Positions 28,011 to 38,181 of a DNA stretch of 64,000 bases are shown in pieces. Each line of letters opens with the position of its first letter. Within the stretch, counting starts at the first letter, position 1. The notes beneath the pieces were generated by a model that saw nothing but the letters and a program-made list of their open reading frames with translations, had not been told where the DNA came from and did no database searches. The stretch comes from Planctomycetota bacterium (GTDB taxonomy: Bacteria; Planctomycetota; Planctomycetia; Pirellulales; Pirellulaceae): the NCBI GenBank assembly GCA_026692845.1, contig JAPLNM010000181.1:5945-69944 (forward strand), read 5' to 3'. Made by a program: the position numbers and the translations under genes.

Positions 28011-29696
28011 ATGAGTTCCGGTAACCGCACGGTTAAATACGAAAACCTACTGAAGACCCTCAGGAAGCATTACAAGCCCCTTGCCGATCCTCCCGAAAGG
28101 ACGATCCTTGAGCATCTTCTCTACTCTTGCTGCTTAGAGGATGCCCGAGTCGAGCAAGCCGATGAGGGATTCGCCAAATTGCAACAGACCTACTTCGATT
28201 GGAACGAAGTCAGGGTCACGACCGTCGCGGAGTTGGCCGAGGCACTCAAAGCCCTTCCCTTCCCGATGCAAGCCGCATCGCGGATCAAGCAATGCTTGCA
28301 GTCCATATTCGAAACCCGGTATCAGTACGATATCGACGACATGAAGAAGGCCAATTTAAGCAAAGCCACGGCTGAACTTGAAGCTTGGAAAGGCATGTCC
28401 CCGTTTGCTGTCGCTTACGTCTCTCAGCATGCCTTAGGGGGGCATTCCATTCCTCCAAGCACCCTGATTTGCGATGCGATGTGGCAGTGCGAGATTCTTA
28501 CAATCGCCGAGATCCCCAAGAACGCCCTGCCAGGCATCGAGCGAGCGATCCCCAAAACAAAGGGAGTCGAGTTTGCCGGCCTTGTGCATCAATTCGCAAC
28601 CGACCTGTACCACCATCCCAAGAGCGCTGCCCCTTTAGCAGTCCTCAAAGACATGGGGGTCAGTTACAAGTCAAAGCCCAAGCCGGTCGAAGAGCCAAAG
28701 GTTTCTAAAGCAAAAGTACCCGCAGGCAAGCAACCTCCAGCGAAGACGCCCCCCGCCGAATCGTCAAAGGAACTAACCTCGAAACAGAACGCTGGCGCTG
28801 CCCCCAAGGTAGCACCGAGCGGTATTCCATCGGCCAAGTCCTCTGCCGGCCAGAAGACCGATAAAGCCAATCTCAGCAAACCGTCGTCCAGTGAGCAGGC
28901 CAAGGACTCCAAGTCGGCAAGCAAGCTTCTTTCGGCTCTTGTATCCAAAGTCACAAGCAAGACCAGCAAACCATCGGAGAGTGACCAGTCCTCTAGCAAG
29001 CTCCCGAGCAGCAAGTCAGCAAGCAGCAAGTCAGCAAGCAGCAAGCCAGAAAGCAGCAAGCCAGAAAGCAGTAAGCCTGCAAGCAGTAAGCCAGAAAGCG
29101 GCAAGCCTGCAAGCAGTAAGCCAGAAAGCGGCAAGCCTGCAAGCAGTAAGCCAGCAAGCAGCAAGCCTGAAAGCAGCAAGCCAGCAAGCAGCAAGCCAGC
29201 AAGCAGCAAGCCAGCAAGCAGCAAGCCAGCAAGCAGCAAGCCAGCAAGCAGCAAGCCAGAAAGCAGCAAGTCAGAAAGCAGCAAGTCAGAAAGCAGCAAG
29301 TCAGAAAGCAGCAAGTCAGAAAGCAGCAAGTCAGCAAGCAGCAAGTCAGAAAGAAGCAAGTCAGAAAGCAGCAAGTCAGCAAGCAGCAAGCCAGCAAGCA
29401 GCAAGTCAGCAAGCAGCAAGCCAGAAAGCAGCAAGCCAGCAAGCGGAAAGCCAGCAAGCAGCAAGCCAGCAAGCAGCAAGCCAGCAAGCAGCAAGCCAGC
29501 AAGCAGCAAGCCAGCAAGCAGCAAGCCAGCAAGCAGCAAGCCAGAGAAAAGCGCTTCGGACAAAGGCAAGACCGATAAAGGCAAGACCGAAAACTCCAAG
29601 GCGCCCAAGAAGGATGTTAAGGAAACAGGCAAGGCAAGTAGCAAGGGCAACCACGGTTCGGTGGGTGCGAGCCTTGCGAAAAAAAAACCTAGATAA
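28011..29696 (+). CDS. protein with endonuclease-III/HhH-like N-terminal domain (tentative) and a long Ser/Lys/Pro-rich pentapeptide-repeat tail
   Basis: The ORF-track ORF has a globular N-terminal region of about 225 aa. This is followed by about 37 consecutive SSKPA/SSKPE/SSKSE units and a K-rich end. The N-terminal family call is from weak recollection only. Confidence 0.6.
   Translation: MSSGNRTVKYENLLKTLRKHYKPLADPPERTILEHLLYSCCLEDARVEQADEGFAKLQQTYFDWNEVRVTTVAELAEALKALPFPMQAASRIKQCLQSIFETRYQYDIDDMKKANLSKATAELEAWKGMSPFAVAYVSQHALGGHSIPPSTLICDAMWQCEILTIAEIPKNALPGIERAIPKTKGVEFAGLVHQFATDLYHHPKSAAPLAVLKDMGVSYKSKPKPVEEPKVSKAKVPAGKQPPAKTPPAESSKELTSKQNAGAAPKVAPSGIPSAKSSAGQKTDKANLSKPSSSEQAKDSKSASKLLSALVSKVTSKTSKPSESDQSSSKLPSSKSASSKSASSKPESSKPESSKPASSKPESGKPASSKPESGKPASSKPASSKPESSKPASSKPASSKPASSKPASSKPASSKPESSKSESSKSESSKSESSKSESSKSASSKSERSKSESSKSASSKPASSKSASSKPESSKPASGKPASSKPASSKPASSKPASSKPASSKPASSKPEKSASDKGKTDKGKTENSKAPKKDVKETGKASSKGNHGSVGASLAKKKPR
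28993..29547 (+). repeat. in-frame 15-bp tandem repeat (AGCAGCAAGCCAGCA and variants), about 37 units, inside the CDS
   Basis: Seen directly in the sequence. It produces artefactual long ORFs in several other frames. Confidence 0.95.
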
Positions 29697-29834
29697 ACCT
29701 GTTGCGAACCTTGTGGGGTTTTAAGATCCACCATATTCGCTAGTGTTATGGCAACGGCCCACTATGGATGACTATCCCCAAGTCTTCCAATCAACGACAC
29801 ACGTACAAAACGAAATCAAACAAAGGGAACTGCC

Positions 29835-30584
29835 ATGGCAGGACATTCACAGTGGGCCAACATCAAGCACCGCAAGGCGTTGGTGGATAGCAAACGCAGC
29901 AAGTTATGGAGCAAGCTCTCGAAGGCGATCATTGTTGCCGCGAAGTTAGGGGGTGGGGATCCTGCAAATAACATTCGTTTGCGAACGGCGATCCTCGATG
30001 CCAAAGCCGTTTCGTTGCCCAAGGACAATATCGATCGCGCGATCAAGAAGGGGACTGGGGAGATCGAGGGTGGGGATGTCGAAGAGGTGCTCTATGAGGG
30101 GTATGGCCCTGGTGGGGTCGCCATTCTTTGCGATATCATGACCGACAATCGCAACCGCACCGCACCCGAGGTACGAAAACTCTTCGAAAACCACGGCGGA
30201 AATCTCGGGTCCACCAATTGTGTGGCTTACCTGTTTGAACGCAAAGGTCTCATATCGATCAGCAAGTCGGCTGTCGATTTGGAAAAGCTCATGGAATTGG
30301 CATTGGAAAACGGTGCTGACGACGTCACCGAAAGCGAGGGCGGCTTTGAGGTCACCTGCCAAACCGACGTTTATACCGAGCTTGTCGATGCCCTCGAGTC
30401 AGCACAGATTGTGTTGGAATCCAAGCAAGTGACCCGAGTCCCGAATTTGACCGTTGAAGTCGACTCCAATACCGCCGTATCGGTCATGAAGTTACTCGAC
30501 AAACTCGAAGATCATGACGATGTTCAATCGGTAGCGACCAACGTGAACTTCACTGCCGAGCAACTTCAGGCTCTGCAAGCTTAG
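29835..30584 (+). CDS. yebC: YebC/PmpR-family DNA-binding transcriptional regulator
   Basis: The N-terminus MAGHSQWANIKHRKALVDSKRSKLWSKLSKAI is diagnostic for the family. Confidence 0.9.
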   Translation: MAGHSQWANIKHRKALVDSKRSKLWSKLSKAIIVAAKLGGGDPANNIRLRTAILDAKAVSLPKDNIDRAIKKGTGEIEGGDVEEVLYEGYGPGGVAILCDIMTDNRNRTAPEVRKLFENHGGNLGSTNCVAYLFERKGLISISKSAVDLEKLMELALENGADDVTESEGGFEVTCQTDVYTELVDALESAQIVLESKQVTRVPNLTVEVDSNTAVSVMKLLDKLEDHDDVQSVATNVNFTAEQLQALQA

Positions 30585-30611
30585 GATTCCTCAGACCCTC
30601 CGAGTGGATGG

Positions 30612-31958
30612 ATGCTAACGCGACTCGATACGAAGACAGCGGATTTTGAAGAGCGGCTCGAAGGGTTGCGAAGGAAACTTAGCCCAGACGGGACGGTTGT
30701 ATCCGAGCGATCGGCGAAACTGACGTTGTCCCTTTTTGGTCAAGCGCTCAGCCCCCAGCAGGTCGTCGAGAGGATTTGCCACGACGTACAAACGGGCAAG
30801 ACGCAAGCGGTTCTCAAGTACGCCAGAGCGTTGGACGATCCGAACATTGTGGCGGAACGATTGCGAGTTCCAATGGATCGCTTGGCCGCTGCACATGGAA
30901 CGGTTTCAAAAGAGTTCCTTCAATCCGTCCGCGCGATCCGAACCAACATCGAGCGTTTTCAGCAAGCTATCTTGCACAAGGACGTCGAGGTCTCGGATGC
31001 AAATGGCTCGTTGCTCAAGCAGCGTTATACGCCATTGGCTCGTATTGGGATTTGCGTACCTGGTGGGGCTGCGGCCTATCCTTCCACTGTTTTGATGACG
31101 GCCGTTCCGGCGTTGGTCGCTGGAGTTCGGCAGATTGCAGTCATGGCCCCCCCTACCCCGTATGGTGCTTACAATTCCGAAGTTCTTGCGACTTGCTATG
31201 AGCTCGGGATACAAGAGGTCTATGCCGTTGGTGGTGCACAGGGCATCGCGAGTTTGGCGTATGGAATTCCCGAGATCCCTGCCGTCGACATGATTGTTGG
31301 CCCAGGGAATTTGTTTGTGGCTTTGGCCAAGCGATTAGTCTATGGAACCGTAGCGATCGATTCGATTGCAGGTCCGAGCGAGGTGGTGGTTATTGCGGAT
31401 CGCAGCACCAAGCCCCGTTATGCGGCTTCGGATTTGATTGCTCAAGCAGAGCATTCGCCTGGATCGAGTATTGTTTTATCCTCGGAAGGGCAAGTGCTCG
31501 ATGCGATCGATCAGGAGCTTGCAAGTCAACTTCAGACGCTCGAGCGAGCCGATTTGGCACGTGCTTCGTTGATCGAATTCGGAGCGAGTATCCAATGCAG
31601 ATCCAACCAGGAGGTCATTGAGATATGCGATCGTCTTGCTCCCGAGCACCTGCAGATCTCGGTCGATCGGCCCGATGCGTTTTCGAGTCGGATTCGCAAT
31701 GCGGGAGCGATTTTCAAGGGTCATTATTCGCCCGTGGCGCTGGGTGATTACGCCGCAGGTCCTTCCCATGTCTTGCCGACTGGAGGGACCGCGCGGTGGG
31801 CTTCAGGATTGTCCGCCAATCACTTCCTGAGGTCCTACAGCGAGGTCGAATTTACCCTTGAGGCCTTGCGGAATATCGAGCCATGCGTCACCGAGTTGGC
31901 TGACAAGGAAGGGCTTACTGCCCACCGAGAAAGCGTCAAGATTCGGCTGCAATCTTAG
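30612..31958 (+). CDS. hisD: histidinol dehydrogenase
   Basis: Blocks GICVPGGAAAYPSTVLM, VGPGNLFVALAKR, IAGPSEVVVIAD, LIAQAEHSPGS and GDYAAGPSHVLPT. Confidence 0.93.
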   Translation: MLTRLDTKTADFEERLEGLRRKLSPDGTVVSERSAKLTLSLFGQALSPQQVVERICHDVQTGKTQAVLKYARALDDPNIVAERLRVPMDRLAAAHGTVSKEFLQSVRAIRTNIERFQQAILHKDVEVSDANGSLLKQRYTPLARIGICVPGGAAAYPSTVLMTAVPALVAGVRQIAVMAPPTPYGAYNSEVLATCYELGIQEVYAVGGAQGIASLAYGIPEIPAVDMIVGPGNLFVALAKRLVYGTVAIDSIAGPSEVVVIADRSTKPRYAASDLIAQAEHSPGSSIVLSSEGQVLDAIDQELASQLQTLERADLARASLIEFGASIQCRSNQEVIEICDRLAPEHLQISVDRPDAFSSRIRNAGAIFKGHYSPVALGDYAAGPSHVLPTGGTARWASGLSANHFLRSYSEVEFTLEALRNIEPCVTELADKEGLTAHRESVKIRLQS

Positions 31959-33196
31959 CGGGTTTGCTCGGCGGGACCTGATACTCCAGAGTGCTGAGCA
32001 AATCATCGATCTGAGCGATCGCGCCGTCGATGTCGTCGGCATACATCAGCAAGTGGGTTTGCAGTGCTGACATGGTGACTTTGCCAAGTGGGATACGTTC
32101 GGCGAAAGCCTGGGCGCTTTGGTCGGATGCATTGGGAAAAAACCGCAGGAACAGTCGATGGGCTTGCTCACGGTTGGCAGGTCCGATGTAGAGTTTACGG
32201 TCGATTCGTCCTGGGCGGATCAAGGCTGGGTCAAGGCGAGCGATGTGGTTGGTAGTCGCAAAGAGCAATCGGCCTTCGCCTGCGGCCACTCCATCGATGG
32301 CATTGAGGAGTCCACTGAAGGTGACTTTGCTCCGTTTGTCTTCCCCTTCTTTACGTTCGAGAAACGCGCAGTCGATGTCTTCCATCAGAACGATGCTGTT
32401 GATAGGAATCGAGCTGAAGAGTTCAGAAACGCTGTTGTCATCGAGGTTCGAATCCCCGAGGCTCAGCACTGCGATATCCATCTGGAGGGCAGACGCAAGC
32501 GCGACGACCGCAGAGCTTTTTCCGGTGCCTGGAGGGCCATGGAGCAGGTAGCCTCTACGGTAAGGTATCCCGCGTTGGACATACCATTCACGGCGTGCCA
32601 AAAACTTCTTGGAATCCTCGAGCAATTCGTCCATGAGGCCATTGGCCAAGATCACCGAATCGAGCGGACGCGGAAGACGCTTCATTTGTTCCATCCAATA
32701 TCCTTGGCCGGCGCGGTGGACCGTCAACCGCAATTCGGATTTTGGAATGGCCACATCGCGAGCTTCCTCGACGAGTTGCTGAGCGAGTTTTCGGTCACGC
32801 GAGAAAATGGTGATATTGAAGCACTCGCGCACGTTGATCTGTTGTCCGGAACCTTCGTTGGGTTTTGGGCGTTCACGATGCAGGCAGATCAGACGATTGC
32901 GGAAGAAGGGTGTGCTGGGCCAGCCATTTTTCGATCCACTGAAACGCTGGATCCCGGTCCAAAATGTCGATCTCAGTGATCACTCTTCGACGGATGAATT
33001 GATAGATCTGCGCAGGGACTTGGCGGAAATACGCTAGAAGCGCTCCGCCGACCATGAGCACCAATCCACCGCTGAAGATTTGATTGTTCTGCAGGAGGTT
33101 TGCTAAGTACTGCCAAAAGTCCTGAATCATCCTTAGTGCGACTTTCCAACCAAAATAGGAACGGAACAAAATGGGAACAAAAAACTGAGGAGCCAT
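31936..33196 (-). pseudogene. BCS1-like AAA+ ATPase, apparently split by a frameshift (N-terminal TM/BCS1_N part 32873-33196; AAA part 31936 to about 32915)
   Basis: The N-terminal ORF MIQDFWQYLANLL...ITEIDILDRDPAFQWIEKWLAQH ends at a TGA. The adjacent frame continues without a start codon as ...FFRNRLICLHRERPKPNEGSGQQINVRECFNITIFSRDRKLAQQLVEEAR. That frame then carries the AAA core GYLLHGPPGTGKSS and IVLMEDIDCAF. Confidence 0.5.
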
Positions 33197-33508
33197 TCCT
33201 CGCACGCTTAGATGATCCTGCAGCGGAAAAGTTCGGGGGAAATTCCTCAACGACTTAAAACGTTTTTGAGTACCTCTACTCAAAGAATAGAAGAGCCTAC
33301 CTGGCTACTGCAAAAAACGATCGGATTCTAGGCTGACTAGAGAACTCCTTTGGCCCGCCGTGTGATAGGCAAACTCAGAAAATAGAAGTAGGATTTGACT
33401 TGTTCTTGTTCGCGGTTTTTGGGTATCCAAGCGGTCAATAGGTCTGAGTCGGACTCTTGCCCAATCGCTTGGGCGAACTGGGCTGTTTTATGTTTTTAGG
33501 AGATTGCG

Positions 33509-34243
33509 ATGAATATTGGAAAACGATGTGCGGCTGAAGCTCTCGGCACGTTTTGGTTGGTTTTCGGGGGTTGCGGCAGCGCGGTGCTGGCGGCGAAGTT
33601 TGTTGCTATGGAAAACGCTACCCCGTTGAATCTCGGGATCGGTTTTGTCGGTGTTTCTCTGGCCTTCGGTTTGACGGTCTTGACGATGGCCTATGCCATC
33701 GGTCACATCTCCGGTTGCCACTTGAATCCTGCAGTGAGCGTCGGTTTGATGATCGCCAAACGCTTCCCATCGAAGGATTTGGTACCCTACATCATCGCTC
33801 AGGTAATCGGCGGAGCATTGGGAGCCTTTGTCCTCTACTTCATCGCATCCGGTAATTCGGATTTCAGCCTTGCGGGGAGATTTGCTACCAACGGGTACGA
33901 TGAATTTTCACCGGGCAAGTACAACATGGTTTCAGCTTTCCTTGCGGAAGTGGTCCTGACGTTCTTCTTTCTGATGATCATTCTAGGAGCGACCGACAAG
34001 CGGGCTCCGGCCGGATTCGCTCCGATCGCCATTGGGTTGGGGTTGACCCTGATCCACCTGATCGGAATTCCAGTGACCAACCTATCGGTCAATCCCGCGC
34101 GAAGCACCGGACCAGCCTTGGTCTTGGGAATCTTCAATGGTGATTTTTCTGCCTTTTTTCAAACGTGGCTTTTCTGGGCCGCTCCGATCCTCGGCGCTTT
34201 CCTCGCCGGGGTCGCTTATCCTCAGATCGCTGACGACAAGTAG
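33509..34243 (+). CDS. aqpZ: aquaporin Z
   Basis: Two NPA boxes (HLNPAVSVG and [10 protein letters not shown]) and a six-TM MIP pattern. Confidence 0.93.
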   Translation: MNIGKRCAAEALGTFWLVFGGCGSAVLAAKFVAMENATPLNLGIGFVGVSLAFGLTVLTMAYAIGHISGCHLNPAVSVGLMIAKRFPSKDLVPYIIAQVIGGALGAFVLYFIASGNSDFSLAGRFATNGYDEFSPGKYNMVSAFLAEVVLTFFFLMIILGATDKRAPAGFAPIAIGLGLTLIHLIGIPVTNLSVNPARSTGPALVLGIFNGDFSAFFQTWLFWAAPILGAFLAGVAYPQIADDK

Positions 34244-34373
34244 TAGGCCGATAAGTAGCGCGCCGACAACACGCTGCTACAAGCGTTGCGAAGCTTAAAG
34301 TCCTCGCATCTTGACACCCAAATTCGTGTTAAGCTGCGGGGACTCTTCGTTTCATGCCTAGAAAAACGCTTGG

Positions 34374-35849
34374 ATGGGCGCCGCTTGGCTCTCCTGTCGG
34401 ATCCAAACTCAACGGCGTATCGCTTCGGCTCCGATCTGTCTTGGTATGGATCCGATCCGAAGCGAATGTTGCCAAAACTCTAGACCTTACCGCGTCGACC
34501 CTGGCGTCAAGCGATTTGGTGGGTACCGTTGCGTCCAGTTCGTCTTTGGGATCGGGTTTGGCGTACTGGCATCGCTGATCGTGGACACCCAACAGGTCGC
34601 AGCCCAGTCGATCCGTGCTCCGAGCGAGCCGATCAAGCTTTTCCCACCCAAGGGTGCACCTGAGGCGATTCCCCAGCGCGTGATTCCACCTCAGCGATGG
34701 AGTCAGATTCCTGCCGAGGGGATTGTCTTGGATCCTGGGGCGCACGAAGCGTTGGATGCAGCCGATCCTGCGTCGCCATTCCAGTCGTCAGGCTCGGGCA
34801 AGAGCCCGGTAGCCAGTCGTTTTGGGAGCAAGATTCCAGGCGGGCTACCCGACAGGGAAATCAGTGAGGGAAAGCCCTTGCGATCCGAGTTGGTATCCGA
34901 TTCAGGCTCGGCCTTGATCGAGCAAGAGACCCTCGAAGGGATGGGGGATCCTGACGATGAGCAGGAGGGTGTCGAGGGGGGCTTACGAAGTTCCCAGAAG
35001 AAGGCCAATCGGCAGCGCCAGATGCAGCAGCATCGGCTTGTGGGATCCTTTCCCAGGGATTTTCTTCTCGATGCGACCGATCCTGGCTTGTTTCAATTTA
35101 TGAATGATCAGTGGATCCCAAGTCGTGCAGCCAATGGCAAAGAGGCGCAGACTCGCTTCGAGGTCAACGCCAATGCGGCTTGGGAGGAACTTCGCCCGCA
35201 GCTTCTAGCGCGACTCCAAGCATGCGATGCACTCTTGCGAAAAGGGAGTATCTACAGTGCTCGCGATGAGATTCGCATGGGGCTTTCGAGTCTTGCTCGC
35301 AAGCTCGATCAACTTTCCGGGCCGAGCCATGCGGCTGGTGGCCAGCGCAAAACTGCGATCCGTAAATCCATGCCTCACGAATCGGCATTGCAGCATGCGT
35401 TGCGGGAGATCGATGAGTGCAGTTATGCCAAAGCAAGCGATCTTCCGACTGCCTTGCAGACCTTCTCGGACTTGGTCCCTCAAGCGACGTTAAACCATCC
35501 CTGGGCGGCAGATTTTTGGTACGCGATGGGAAAAACCTACGAACGAGAAATGGAGTACGCACCCAAGCAGCCGGATATCTTGCGTTTGCAGTCGGTCGAA
35601 TGCTACAAAGTTGCGCTTCGAATGGCTCCATCGCGAGGATACATCGCCAATCAACTGGGTTACAGTTATTTGCATACCGGCTCGCTCGAGGATGCGTCGA
35701 AAGCATTGAAACAGGCCCTCGATGCCGGTCCAACCCCGTACTCTTGGCGGAATCTTGCGGAGCTCTATCGTCTCCGCGGATCGATGCGTGAAGCTCGACT
35801 GGCCGATGAGCAAGCTGAGTTTTTACTGACTGAGCGAGCGAAACCCTAA
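34374..35849 (+). CDS. hypothetical secreted or membrane-anchored protein with C-terminal TPR-like repeats (start uncertain)
   Basis: ORF-track ORF. The C-terminus has a TPR-like pattern: AADFWYAMGKTYERE..., YIANQLGYSYLHTGSLEDASKALKQALD, WRNLAELYRLRG. Confidence 0.45.
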   Translation: MGAAWLSCRIQTQRRIASAPICLGMDPIRSECCQNSRPYRVDPGVKRFGGYRCVQFVFGIGFGVLASLIVDTQQVAAQSIRAPSEPIKLFPPKGAPEAIPQRVIPPQRWSQIPAEGIVLDPGAHEALDAADPASPFQSSGSGKSPVASRFGSKIPGGLPDREISEGKPLRSELVSDSGSALIEQETLEGMGDPDDEQEGVEGGLRSSQKKANRQRQMQQHRLVGSFPRDFLLDATDPGLFQFMNDQWIPSRAANGKEAQTRFEVNANAAWEELRPQLLARLQACDALLRKGSIYSARDEIRMGLSSLARKLDQLSGPSHAAGGQRKTAIRKSMPHESALQHALREIDECSYAKASDLPTALQTFSDLVPQATLNHPWAADFWYAMGKTYEREMEYAPKQPDILRLQSVECYKVALRMAPSRGYIANQLGYSYLHTGSLEDASKALKQALDAGPTPYSWRNLAELYRLRGSMREARLADEQAEFLLTERAKP

Positions 35850-35870
35850 GTAAGCTTCTTGAGTCGGCAG

Positions 35871-38069
35871 CTATCCGATGAACCTCGCATCGAGCACGAT
35901 CGCTTGCTGGTCGTTGACCAGCACGGGGTTGAGATCCGACTCGTGAATCCAATCCTGTTCGGAGATCAACTCCGAATAACGGGTCATCACATCCACCAAC
36001 GCCTCGATGTTTGCTTTGGGCCGTTGGCGATAGCCATTTAGAAGTGGCCAGCATCGCAACGAACGCAACATGGGCATCAATCGCTCGGCGGTAATTGGAG
36101 GCAACCCAAGGGCACGGTCTTGGAAGAGTTCGGCCGTTACTCCTCCGAACCCGACTAAGATGACAGGTCCAAAGACAGGATCTCGCTTCGACCCAAAGAT
36201 CAACTCGACGGAGTTGGTCCAATGGATCATAGGCTGTACCGTGATCCCCTCGATCGTTGCATCAGGCCTAGCCTTCGAGACACTTTGCTCGATGCGTTGG
36301 AACCCTTGTGCGACAGCCTCAGCATCCTTGAGCGAAAGCAACACGCCTCCGACATCGGTTTTGTGGGTGATTTGATGAGAATGGATTTTGAGAACCACCG
36401 GGTACCCAAAAGCATCCGCTAAGGCGACGGCCTGAAGCGCGTTCGAGGCGATCTGAATGGGGGGCGTTGGAATCCGATACAGGTTCAGCAATCGCTTGGA
36501 GTCGACCTCCGTGAGGATCGCTCGGCGGCCATCGCTTTGGTTGCAAGGACCGAGCGACTCGATGAAACGATTGCGTTCGAGAAACTCGGGTGCTTGGCTA
36601 GACGTGTTTGATTCCTGGACGGATACTTGGCGCCATGCGATCGCATCGAAGGGCTCTAAATCGCGAAGCCGTTGATTGCTCCGCTTGTACTCGATCAAGC
36701 GCACTAGGCCGCGGATCGCTTGTTCGGGAGTTTCAAAATTGCGGATGCCGTTCGACTGGAGTATTTCGATCCCTGCTTGCATCGATAGACCACCCATCCA
36801 AGCTGCGACCAAGCGTTTCGAGGTGGGGATAGGGATTTGCGAGACTTGCTCGGCGGTATGAGTGGGGTCGGTCATCGCTTGCGGGGAAAGAATCGCAAGG
36901 ACGGTATCGACGTTGGGATCTGCCAGAACAATGCGTAGGGCGTCGGCGAAACGCTCCGGAGTTGCATCGCCGATCACATCGATAGGGTTTCCTTTCGACC
37001 AATTGGCAGGAAGAGATGCATCGAGTTGTGCGATCGTCGATGGATCGAGCTTTGCGAGGCATCCATCGTGTCCGAGCAGCGTGTCGCTAGCCATCACACC
37101 CGGCCCACCGGCATTGGTAACGATTGCGATTCGCTCCCCGATCGAATTTGGGCCCGATAAGGATGGTTGCGAGAGAAGTTCGGCGCACTGGACCATCGAA
37201 TCCATATCATAAACTCGAACGATCCCGCAATGGTCCATCACTGCTTGGTAGACATCGTCAAGGCCTGCGAGCGATCCGGTGTGGGATGCGGCCGCTTGGG
37301 CCGAGGCTGCAAATCGACCCGCTTTGTAAGCAATCAGTGGTTTGCTCAAGCTAAATCGTCTTGCGGCTTTGATAAACGCCTTGGGCTTGGTGATCGACTC
37401 GATGTACAAAATCGCTGCGGTGGTTTTCGGATCGTCGGCAAGATAATCAAGCAGATCGGAAAAGCCTACGTCGAGTTGATTGCCCAGCGATACGAAATTC
37501 GAAAAGCCGATTCCTTCTCGCAGCGACCAGTCGAGGAAAGCGGTACATAATGCGCCGGATTGCGAAACAAATGCCAGGCCTCCGGCCTGCGGCATGCCGC
37601 GCGCAAAGCTCGCGCTCAATCGGCTCTCGGGGTGAATAATTCCTAGGCAATTGGGGCCAAGGACTCGCAGCGATGGGTATTTGGCGATCGCTCTATTTAG
37701 GTCCTCTTGGAGCGCAAGACCCTTCGGGCCGATCTCTTGGAAACCGGCCGTGATGACCAACGCGGCGCGGATCCCCAAGCTGCCGCACTGCTCGAGCAGA
37801 TTGGCGATCGTCGAAGCAGGAGTGCACAGAACCGCGAGATCGACCTGCTGAGGCAAATCCGACAACGAACCGTAGGCTCGCTGACCGGCAACGGTCGTAC
37901 TCTTTACGTTTACCGGATAAACGGTTCCGGTGTAGCGATGCTCGAGCAGATTCCGGAAGATGCTCGTCCCGACCTTGCCGGGTGAATCGCTTGCACCGAC
38001 GACCGCGACCGAGCCGGGTGCGAGCAAGGGCTGTAGGCTCTTTAGGGAGTTCATGGGCTCGGAGTCCAT
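35871..38069 (-). CDS. acetate/acyl-CoA ligase (ADP-forming) family protein: CoA-binding, succinyl-CoA-synthetase-like and ATP-grasp domains
   Basis: SVAVVGASDSPGKVGTSIFRNLL (CoA-binding), GPNCLGI, FVSQSGAL, and a C-terminal ATP-grasp segment LNLYRIPTPP...GYPVVLKI. Confidence 0.8.
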   Translation of the reverse strand: MDSEPMNSLKSLQPLLAPGSVAVVGASDSPGKVGTSIFRNLLEHRYTGTVYPVNVKSTTVAGQRAYGSLSDLPQQVDLAVLCTPASTIANLLEQCGSLGIRAALVITAGFQEIGPKGLALQEDLNRAIAKYPSLRVLGPNCLGIIHPESRLSASFARGMPQAGGLAFVSQSGALCTAFLDWSLREGIGFSNFVSLGNQLDVGFSDLLDYLADDPKTTAAILYIESITKPKAFIKAARRFSLSKPLIAYKAGRFAASAQAAASHTGSLAGLDDVYQAVMDHCGIVRVYDMDSMVQCAELLSQPSLSGPNSIGERIAIVTNAGGPGVMASDTLLGHDGCLAKLDPSTIAQLDASLPANWSKGNPIDVIGDATPERFADALRIVLADPNVDTVLAILSPQAMTDPTHTAEQVSQIPIPTSKRLVAAWMGGLSMQAGIEILQSNGIRNFETPEQAIRGLVRLIEYKRSNQRLRDLEPFDAIAWRQVSVQESNTSSQAPEFLERNRFIESLGPCNQSDGRRAILTEVDSKRLLNLYRIPTPPIQIASNALQAVALADAFGYPVVLKIHSHQITHKTDVGGVLLSLKDAEAVAQGFQRIEQSVSKARPDATIEGITVQPMIHWTNSVELIFGSKRDPVFGPVILVGFGGVTAELFQDRALGLPPITAERLMPMLRSLRCWPLLNGYRQRPKANIEALVDVMTRYSELISEQDWIHESDLNPVLVNDQQAIVLDARFIG

Positions 38070-38181
38070 TCATCGAATGCATCGAGGCGCCCAAGAGTTA
38101 CCATGGAAGCCGTAAAAAAGAACGGCCAAAAAAACACCAAAAAATGATGCCGAAAAAGCGATCGCTGACGAACAAAAACGC

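Noticed and set aside
28664-29734. A Leu-rich 356-aa minus-strand ORF, plus the 28891-29724, 28993-29532 and 29406-29654 ORFs.
   Set aside because: All are alternative-frame or antisense readings of the 15-bp tandem repeat. The 28011-29696 frame alone has a proper non-repetitive N-terminal domain and start context.
35164-36222. A 352-aa minus-strand ORF bridging the TPR-protein gene and the acyl-CoA ligase gene.
   Set aside because: It has Arg/Ser-rich low-information composition. It overlaps two better-supported genes, antisense to one and out of frame with the other.
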